IMG/VR virus record: IMGVR_UViG_3300006120_000015
Location: 64,001-95,146 of that record
Length of the DNA stretch: 31,146 nucleotides
Origin: a virus
Taxonomy: Duplodnaviria > Heunggongvirae > Uroviricota > Caudoviricetes
Reading direction: 5' to 3' (one strand)
Shown: piece by piece, positions 25,328 through 31,146 of the stretch
Position numbering within the stretch: position 1 is the stretch's first letter
Layout: each line of letters opens with the position of its first letter
The notes under the pieces: generated by a model
What the model saw: only the letters and a program-made list of their open reading frames with translations
Databases searched by the model: none
Told to the model about the DNA's origin: nothing
Program-made: the position numbers and the translations under genes

Positions 25328-26983
25328 ATGGCATCACAATTTAATAAATTTTCTTTGTTTGGTTTTACAATCTCTCGTGAGAAAAACGAGGGTGATGGTA
25401 AAATAGAACAATCTTTTAGCCCACCGTCTAATGATGACGGTGCGCTTACCATTACGTCTGCCGCTTATTATGGTACCTATGTTGACTTAGACGGTACAGC
25501 TAAAAACGAAGTCGAGTTGATTTCTCGATACCGTGAAATGGCAATGCAGCCAGAAATCGAATCTGCAATCGATGATATTATCAACGAAGCAATCTGCCAT
25601 GACGATGACGGTAAATCAATTCAAATTGTTCTGGATGATCTAAACGTTCCAGACAAAATTAAGAAGGCTATCAAAGGCGAGTTTCAAACAATTTTGAAAT
25701 TGCTGAACTACGGTAATATGGCACAAGATGTTTTCCGTAGATTCTACGTTGACGGAAGACTTTACTACCACATCATCATTAACCGTGATGACCCAACACA
25801 AGGTATTAGAGAGTTACGTTATATTGATCCACGCAAACTACGTAAAGTACGTGAAGTTAAAAAGAAAAAAGACGAACGTACCGGCGTAGATATCATGAAT
25901 GTTATCAATGAATACTACATTTTCAATGACAAGGTTACTACTGGTTCTTCTAGTAGTTTTGGTCCTGTTGGGGTCCGTATTACGACTGATTCTATTATTT
26001 CTGTCGTTAGTGGTCTTATGGATTCTCGTAGAGCTGTGGTTCTATCATATCTGCATAAAGCTATTAAACCGTTAAACCAGTTGCGTATGATTGAAGATGC
26101 GACAGTTATCTATCGTATCTCTCGTGCGCCAGAACGCCGTATTTTCTACATTGACGTTGGTAACTTACCAAAATTAAAAGCAGAACAATACCTACGTGAC
26201 ATTATGGTTAAGTACAAGAACAAACTTGTATATGATGCTAACACAGGTGAAGTACGTGATGACCGTAAATTCATGTCCATGATGGAAGACTTCTGGTTGC
26301 CACGTAGAGAAGGCGGTAAAGGTACAGAAATTACCACACTACCTGGAGGACAGAACCTGGGTGAGCTGGAAGACGTTAAGTACTTTGAGAAGAAACTGTA
26401 TAAAGCATTAAACGTTCCTGTCTCCAGATTGAATCCTGAGAACTCTGGTTTCTCTATGGGTCGTGTATCAGAAATTACTCGTGACGAATTGAAGTTCACT
26501 AAGTTTGTGGACCGTCTACGTACTAAGTTCTCTGACTTGTTTGATAGAGCTCTAAAGACACAATGTGTGTTGAAAGGCATCTGTACAGCAGAAGAATGGG
26601 ATGAGTTCAAAGAACACATTCACTACGACTTTATTAAAGACAACAATTTTGCAGAATTAAAAGATGCAGAATTAATGAAAGAACGTTTGTCTTTGTTGGG
26701 TGCGGTTGACCCTTATGTTGGTCGTTATTACTCACAAGCTTGGATTCAACGTCATGTTCTACGTATGAACGATGATGACATTTCAGCAATGACTTCTGAA
26801 ATGGAAGAAGAAAAAGCTTTGGGTATTGGTTTGCCAGTTGGTGTTTCCAATGCGGCAATGCAACAACAAATGGTTGGCGATATTCAAACACAACAACAAA
26901 TGCAACAAAATCAAGCCGATGATGATGAACAAGTGAAAGAGTCGTCACCAGGTATCATAAGTAGAATCAGACAGGTTCTATAA
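25328..26983 (+). CDS. gp20: Portal vertex protein gp20
   Basis: 'YREMA.QPEIESAIDDI.NEAI', 'IYRISRAPERRIFYIDVGNLPK.KAEQYL', 'EDFWLPRREGGKGTEITTLPGGQNLGE'. Confidence 0.97.
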   Translation: MASQFNKFSLFGFTISREKNEGDGKIEQSFSPPSNDDGALTITSAAYYGTYVDLDGTAKNEVELISRYREMAMQPEIESAIDDIINEAICHDDDGKSIQIVLDDLNVPDKIKKAIKGEFQTILKLLNYGNMAQDVFRRFYVDGRLYYHIIINRDDPTQGIRELRYIDPRKLRKVREVKKKKDERTGVDIMNVINEYYIFNDKVTTGSSSSFGPVGVRITTDSIISVVSGLMDSRRAVVLSYLHKAIKPLNQLRMIEDATVIYRISRAPERRIFYIDVGNLPKLKAEQYLRDIMVKYKNKLVYDANTGEVRDDRKFMSMMEDFWLPRREGGKGTEITTLPGGQNLGELEDVKYFEKKLYKALNVPVSRLNPENSGFSMGRVSEITRDELKFTKFVDRLRTKFSDLFDRALKTQCVLKGICTAEEWDEFKEHIHYDFIKDNNFAELKDAELMKERLSLLGAVDPYVGRYYSQAWIQRHVLRMNDDDISAMTSEMEEEKALGIGLPVGVSNAAMQQQMVGDIQTQQQMQQNQADDDEQVKESSPGIISRIRQVL

Positions 26984-26986
26984 ATA
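26979..26986 (+). promoter_or_regulatory. Late promoter TATAAATA overlapping the gp20 stop
   Basis: Perfect consensus. Confidence 0.7.
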
Positions 26987-27005
26987 TTTTAATTTGGAGA
27001 ACAAA

Positions 27006-27203
27006 ATGACAGACTTAACAAGACAAATTATTGACTACTCAGCAAGAGACGAAGGTGCTGGAGCTCGTGAAGCTTTCTATGCAGCTTTGCATGACAGAGT
27101 TATGAATCACATCGAATCACAAAAACAAGTGATTGCAAAAACATTGATTCAGCCTGAAGAAGAAGTTGTTACTGCTGAACCAGAAACCACATCAGCGGAA
27201 TAA
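27006..27203 (+). CDS. Small acidic protein in the gp67 position (possible prohead core component)
   Basis: GGAG SD then ATG at 27006. Acidic C-terminus (QPEEEVVTAEPETTSAE). The assignment rests on synteny only. Confidence 0.65.
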   Translation: MTDLTRQIIDYSARDEGAGAREAFYAALHDRVMNHIESQKQVIAKTLIQPEEEVVTAEPETTSAE

Positions 27204-27206
27204 ATA
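27199..27206 (+). promoter_or_regulatory. Late promoter AATAAATA overlapping a stop codon
   Basis: 7/8 consensus, then AGGA SD. Confidence 0.5.
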
Positions 27207-27215
27207 GGATAAAAA

Positions 27216-27791
27216 ATGGCCAATAAATACACATATCAAGTATTGAGAGATACACAAACAGATGCTGTTATTAAATTAACTGGCACGTTTGATGGTTCTT
27301 CTCAAGAAGCAAACAGTTCTCGTATCCAAGCAAATTCATTAACAAATGCTTTGGCTACTAACGGTTATTTGGTTGCTAACTCACAAGGCGGTGCAGCTAA
27401 CACAGCGTTATCTTATTATGATTTGCAAATTACTGGCGTTAAAGCTTTTGTTAACTTTACAACAACTGGTACAGGTTCTGTTGAAATGTTCTGGTCTGGT
27501 GCAGGGTCAAACTATGCTCAACAGTATGCGAACGCTGCAACCATTTTCCACTTTAACAGCAACTCAGATTACGGTAACGGTGAACAAGTTCCATCTATTC
27601 TGAACAACTCAGGATTGGGTGTTTCAGCTAACGCAGGCGTTGGTGACATTGGTGTTGCAACATCTGGTGCCGTTGCTAACTCTGCATACACATTGATTAT
27701 CTCTTTGCGTAAGAATAACCAAATGTATAACCGTGGTCAATTGAACGATCCAGCAGCGTTCAACTACGGCTCATATGCATTGAAACCATAA
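27216..27791 (+). CDS. Hypothetical virion protein between the gp67 slot and gp21 (191 aa, Ala/Asn/Gly/Ser-rich)
   Basis: Clean ORF with SD. Composition is unlike a charged helical core protein. Confidence 0.8.
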   Translation: MANKYTYQVLRDTQTDAVIKLTGTFDGSSQEANSSRIQANSLTNALATNGYLVANSQGGAANTALSYYDLQITGVKAFVNFTTTGTGSVEMFWSGAGSNYAQQYANAATIFHFNSNSDYGNGEQVPSILNNSGLGVSANAGVGDIGVATSGAVANSAYTLIISLRKNNQMYNRGQLNDPAAFNYGSYALKP

Positions 27792-27812
27792 TAAAAGAAA
27801 GGCAATGAGAAA

Positions 27813-28457
27813 ATGAAACTCATTAAAGAAGTCGTTGAAGACGTAAAATATTTGGTCGAAGAAAAAGACGGCAAAAAATCTTTGTATATCGAGGGTCCTT
27901 TTCTCGTGGCCGAAGCCGTTAATCGTAACGGTCGTAAGTATCTACGTGAAACAATGGAAAAAGAAGTACAACGTTACACACAAGAATACATTAATAAAAA
28001 TCGTGCTTTCGGTGAACTGGGACACCCAGACACTCCAACACTTAACCTAGACCGTGTATCACATTTAAATGTGTCACTTCGTCAAGAAGGTAACGTTTGG
28101 GTCGGTAAAGCAAAAATTCTTGAAACTCCAATGGGTAACATTGCAAGAAACCTAATCGAAGGTGGCGGCCAACTTGGTGTGTCTTCTCGTGGTATGGGTT
28201 CTCTAAAAGCAATCAACGGTGTTAACATTGTTCAAGATGACTTTCATCTAGCCACAGCGGCAGATATCGTAGCAGACCCTTCTGCGCCTGGTGCTTTTGT
28301 ACAGGGAATTATGGAAGGAAAAGAATGGATGTTGGTAGACGGCATTTGGACAGAAATGAATTTGGATCAAGCAAAGAAACAAATTCGTGAAGCATCACAA
28401 AAAGACATTGATGCTGTCAGTCTAATGATATTCGAAAACTTCCTGAAAAAACTTTAA
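27813..28457 (+). CDS. gp21: Prohead core protein protease gp21
   Basis: 'NRNGR.Y', 'GELGHP', 'GVSSRGMGSL', 'ADIVADPSAP.AFV.GIME'. Confidence 0.96.
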   Translation: MKLIKEVVEDVKYLVEEKDGKKSLYIEGPFLVAEAVNRNGRKYLRETMEKEVQRYTQEYINKNRAFGELGHPDTPTLNLDRVSHLNVSLRQEGNVWVGKAKILETPMGNIARNLIEGGGQLGVSSRGMGSLKAINGVNIVQDDFHLATAADIVADPSAPGAFVQGIMEGKEWMLVDGIWTEMNLDQAKKQIREASQKDIDAVSLMIFENFLKKL

Positions 28458-28458
28458 A

Positions 28459-28466
28459 TATAAATA
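28459..28466 (+). promoter_or_regulatory. Late promoter TATAAATA (tandem with TTTAAATA at 28453-60) upstream of gp22
   Basis: Perfect consensus, with AAGGAG SD downstream. Confidence 0.7.
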
Positions 28467-28497
28467 TCCAATATAGAAAACAAGGAGATTTTCAAAA

Positions 28498-29709
28498 ATG
28501 GGAAAACTAAACCTATCTGATGCCGCTAAAGCTATTTTGACTGAAGATTCAAAATCAACTTTTGACGCTAACATTGCATCTAAAAAGAGCCAACGTTCTG
28601 ACGATGGTACACAAGGTAAAATGAGAGGTTCTGTTGGTAAAGACAAACTACCTACATCTGCCGTTACAGGTCAACAAGATGCAGGCGAAATTGGTCAATC
28701 ACCAGAACGTGCTTTGACAGACAAACTACCTGACTATACAAAAGGTACACCTTCTGCAACACCTCCAGGTGCAACACCTCCAGTCGGTTCACAACAAGAC
28801 GGTGTTGGTGCAAAAACTCTTACTGGTCAACCAGGACAAACTATGGGCCGTTCAGACATTATGACTCCAACTAAATCAGATGCAACAAACTACGAAGCCA
28901 TCCGTGATCGTATCGCTGGCAAATTGGCACCACAAATGATGGCTACAAACGCTGGTGGCGTTGGTATTCAAACATACGGTGAAGATATGGATGCATTGTT
29001 CTCTGGTGAACAATTGTCTGAAGATTTCAAATCTAAAGCACAAACAATTTTCGAAGCAGCAGTTACAGCTCGTGTTAGTGAGTTGGTAGAATCTGTTGAA
29101 AACGAATTGATGGAACAGTTTGAAGAAGCTGTTGAATCTTACAAAGACGATTTGGCAACTAAAGTTGACGACTACCTAAACTACTTCACAGAAGAATGGT
29201 ATAACGACAACCAAATCGCAATTGAAAAAGGTCTACGTCAAGAAATCGTAGAAGAATTCATCACAGAATTGCGTGATGTATTCATCAAACACCACATTGA
29301 TATTCCAACTGACAAAGTTGATGTTGTTGAAGAATTGGTTGCTAAAGTAGAAGAACTAGAAAGCTCTTTGAACGAACAAATCACATCAGCAGTTCAGTTG
29401 AAAAAAGAACTAAATGAACACAAAAAAGTAGAGGCTGTACACGCAGTTTGTGAAGGCCTAACTCAAACTCAAGTGGAAAAATTGAAGTCACTCGCAGAGG
29501 GTGTGGAATTTACCACAGAAGAAGAATTTGCACAGAAACTAGAAACTTTGAAAGAATCATATTTCAAAGCAGAAGTTAAAGTTGCTGATGCAGAATCTTT
29601 GAATGAAGAAGTTGTTGTAGAAGATGATTCTACACCTAAGAAAAAATCTAGTATTGATCCTATGATGGAACAATATGCAAAAACAATTTCACAAACCCTC
29701 AAAGGATAA
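28498..29709 (+). CDS. gp22: Prohead core scaffold protein gp22 with long N-terminal extension
   Basis: 'LSEDFKSKAQTIFEAAV', 'KVDDYLNY..EEW..DN.IAIE.GL..EI.E.FI..L..VF..H.I..P', 'KL.SLAEGVEF', terminal 'M..YA..I'. Confidence 0.92.
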   Translation: MGKLNLSDAAKAILTEDSKSTFDANIASKKSQRSDDGTQGKMRGSVGKDKLPTSAVTGQQDAGEIGQSPERALTDKLPDYTKGTPSATPPGATPPVGSQQDGVGAKTLTGQPGQTMGRSDIMTPTKSDATNYEAIRDRIAGKLAPQMMATNAGGVGIQTYGEDMDALFSGEQLSEDFKSKAQTIFEAAVTARVSELVESVENELMEQFEEAVESYKDDLATKVDDYLNYFTEEWYNDNQIAIEKGLRQEIVEEFITELRDVFIKHHIDIPTDKVDVVEELVAKVEELESSLNEQITSAVQLKKELNEHKKVEAVHAVCEGLTQTQVEKLKSLAEGVEFTTEEEFAQKLETLKESYFKAEVKVADAESLNEEVVVEDDSTPKKKSSIDPMMEQYAKTISQTLKG

Positions 29710-29712
29710 ATA
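29705..29712 (+). promoter_or_regulatory. Late promoter GATAAATA overlapping the gp22 stop, upstream of gp23
   Basis: 7/8 consensus, with TAAGGAG SD before ATG 29752. Confidence 0.6.
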
Positions 29713-29751
29713 AATTTTATCAATAAGATACTAACATAAGGAGAAACTATA

Positions 29752-31089
29752 ATGTATCTAACAGAAGACCTTCAACAAAAATGGGCTCCAGTTTTGGACC
29801 ACCCAGAACTTGAGTCTATCAAAGACCCATACAAACGTGCTGTTACAACATTGGTTCTAGAAAACCAACAAACAGCTTTGCGTCAAGACGCTCGTATGTT
29901 GAACGAAGTTGCAGATGGTGGCCCAACCAACGCAACAGGTTCAGCAGTACAAAACTTTGACCCAATCTTGATCTCTTTGGTTCGCCGTGCATTGCCTAAC
30001 TTGATCGCTTACGATATCGCTGGCGTTCAACCAATGACAGGACCAACAGGTTTGATTTTCGCAATGCGTGCTCGTTACGCTAACCAAACAGGTTCTGAAG
30101 CATTCTTCAACGAAGCTAACACAATCTTCTCTGGTAACACATCTGCTAACGCACCTTACAACAACTACGGTTTCCAAGGTACTGTTTCTTCAGATACTTC
30201 AAACAACGCAATTGCAAACGAAACTGCTAACGCCTTCACAACTGGTGTTGGTATGCCTACAGCTCTTGCTGAATACTTGGGTTCTGACAACAACACAGCT
30301 TTCCAACAAATGGCATTCTCTATCGAGAAAGTTACTGTTACTGCTCAAAGCCGTGCATTGAAAGCAGAATACTCACTTGAACTTGCTCAAGACTTGAAAG
30401 CTATCCACGGTTTGGATGCAGAAACAGAATTGTCTAACATTCTGTCTACAGAAATCTTGGCTGAAATCAACCGTGAAGTTATCCGTACAGTGTACACTTC
30501 TGCTGTTCCAGGTGCTCAATACGGTACTACAACAGCTGGTTACTTCGACTTGGACACAGACTCTAACGGTCGTTGGTCTGTTGAACGTTTCAAAGGTTTG
30601 ATTTTCCAAATCGAACGTGATGCTAACGTTATTGCAAAACAAACTCGTAGAGGTAAAGGTAACGTTCTGATCGTTTCTTCAGACGTTGCATCTGCTATGG
30701 CTATGGCTGGCGTGTTGTCATATACACCTGCTCTATCTGCTGACCTACAAGTTGACGATACAGGTAACACATTCGCTGGTATGTTGCACGGTCGTATCAA
30801 AGTATACATCGACCCATACTTCGGTGGTTACACATCTAACCAAGAATTGGTAACAGTTGGTTACAAAGGTTCTTCACCTTATGACGCTGGTTTGTTCTAC
30901 TGCCCATACGTTCCTCTACAAATGGTTCGTGCAGTTGACCAGTTCACATTCCAACCAAAAATTGGTTTCAAGACTCGTTATGGCATGGTTGCAAACCCAT
31001 TTGCACAAGGCTTGACACAAGGCAACGGTATTATCAACGCACGTTCAAACGTGTACTACCGTATCTTTGGTGTGAAAAACTTGATGTAA
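29752..31089 (+). CDS. gp23: Major capsid protein gp23
   Basis: 'FDPILISLVRR.LPNLIAYDI.GVQPMTGPTGLIFAMR', 'SRALKAEYSLELAQDLKAIHGLDAE.ELSNIL', 'FQPKIGFKTRYG'. Probable gp21 cleavage after L-N-E52. Confidence 0.98.
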   Translation: MYLTEDLQQKWAPVLDHPELESIKDPYKRAVTTLVLENQQTALRQDARMLNEVADGGPTNATGSAVQNFDPILISLVRRALPNLIAYDIAGVQPMTGPTGLIFAMRARYANQTGSEAFFNEANTIFSGNTSANAPYNNYGFQGTVSSDTSNNAIANETANAFTTGVGMPTALAEYLGSDNNTAFQQMAFSIEKVTVTAQSRALKAEYSLELAQDLKAIHGLDAETELSNILSTEILAEINREVIRTVYTSAVPGAQYGTTTAGYFDLDTDSNGRWSVERFKGLIFQIERDANVIAKQTRRGKGNVLIVSSDVASAMAMAGVLSYTPALSADLQVDDTGNTFAGMLHGRIKVYIDPYFGGYTSNQELVTVGYKGSSPYDAGLFYCPYVPLQMVRAVDQFTFQPKIGFKTRYGMVANPFAQGLTQGNGIINARSNVYYRIFGVKNLM

Positions 31090-31117
31090 TCAAGAAACCC
31101 GCGCAAGAAGGGTATTT

Positions 31118-31145
31118 AAAAGGGACCTTCGGGTCCCTTTTTTTT
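31118..31145 (+). terminator. Rho-independent terminator GGGACC-UUCG-GGUCCC + U tract
   Basis: T4-typical C(UUCG)G tetraloop, 6-bp GC stem extended by A/U pairs, 8 T. Confidence 0.92.
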
Positions 31146-31146
31146 G

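Noticed and set aside
27006-27791. Naming the two small genes gp67 and gp68
   Set aside because: Only synteny supports this. I recognise no sequence motif, and the second protein's composition argues against gp68.
5-30809. The many 60-160 aa minus-strand and alternate-frame ORFs (e.g. 26146-26619, 23710-24111, 13115-13510, 4445-4831)
   Set aside because: They lie wholly within long + strand genes, lack SD/promoter context and recognisable motifs, and are expected shadows of the biased codon usage.
21223-31089. Inteins, group I introns or homing endonucleases in gp17, gp18, gp20 and gp23
   Set aside because: All are continuous ORFs of normal or short length with contiguous conserved motifs. 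There are no LAGLIDADG, HNH, GIY-YIG or Hint signatures.
1-31146. Stop-codon reassignment (alternative genetic code)
   Set aside because: All core genes translate full-length in code 11 with expected termini. No conserved gene is broken by in-frame TAG or TGA.

Overview
The window is a single-strand (+) block of late, virion-morphogenesis genes from a T4-like (Tevenvirinae-related, probably environmental) myophage. The right half is the conserved T4 core in canonical order: gp13-gp14-gp15-[2-gene insert]-gp16-gp17-gp18-gp19-gp20-[2 small genes]-gp21-gp22-gp23, ending in a C(UUCG)G terminator. The left half (1-15.9 kb) is an accessory baseplate/fibre region. It holds a giant DUF4815/VrlC-like structural protein split into two genes, an S74-chaperone fibre, a 1020-aa Ala/Asn heptad-repeat fibre, an Mtd_N protein, several small adaptors, a 1046-aa beta-rich structural protein and a C1q-like protein. 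T4-type late promoters (NATAAATA) precede most gene groups. I see no RNA genes, CRISPR arrays, integrase, RT, introns or inteins. The most interesting signals are three. (1) An Ala-Asn dipeptide is strongly enriched in predicted outer-surface proteins and nearly absent from internal or non-virion proteins, a possible virion-wide modification code. (2) A Pro/Gly-linker + 'KIIC' helical domain + transmembrane cassette splits the giant structural gene. (3) 'YDL' C-terminal tails twice directly precede Mtd_N genes, suggesting a docking code that could hang a fibre on gp15. Domain calls are from motif recognition without database searches, and all counts are by hand.
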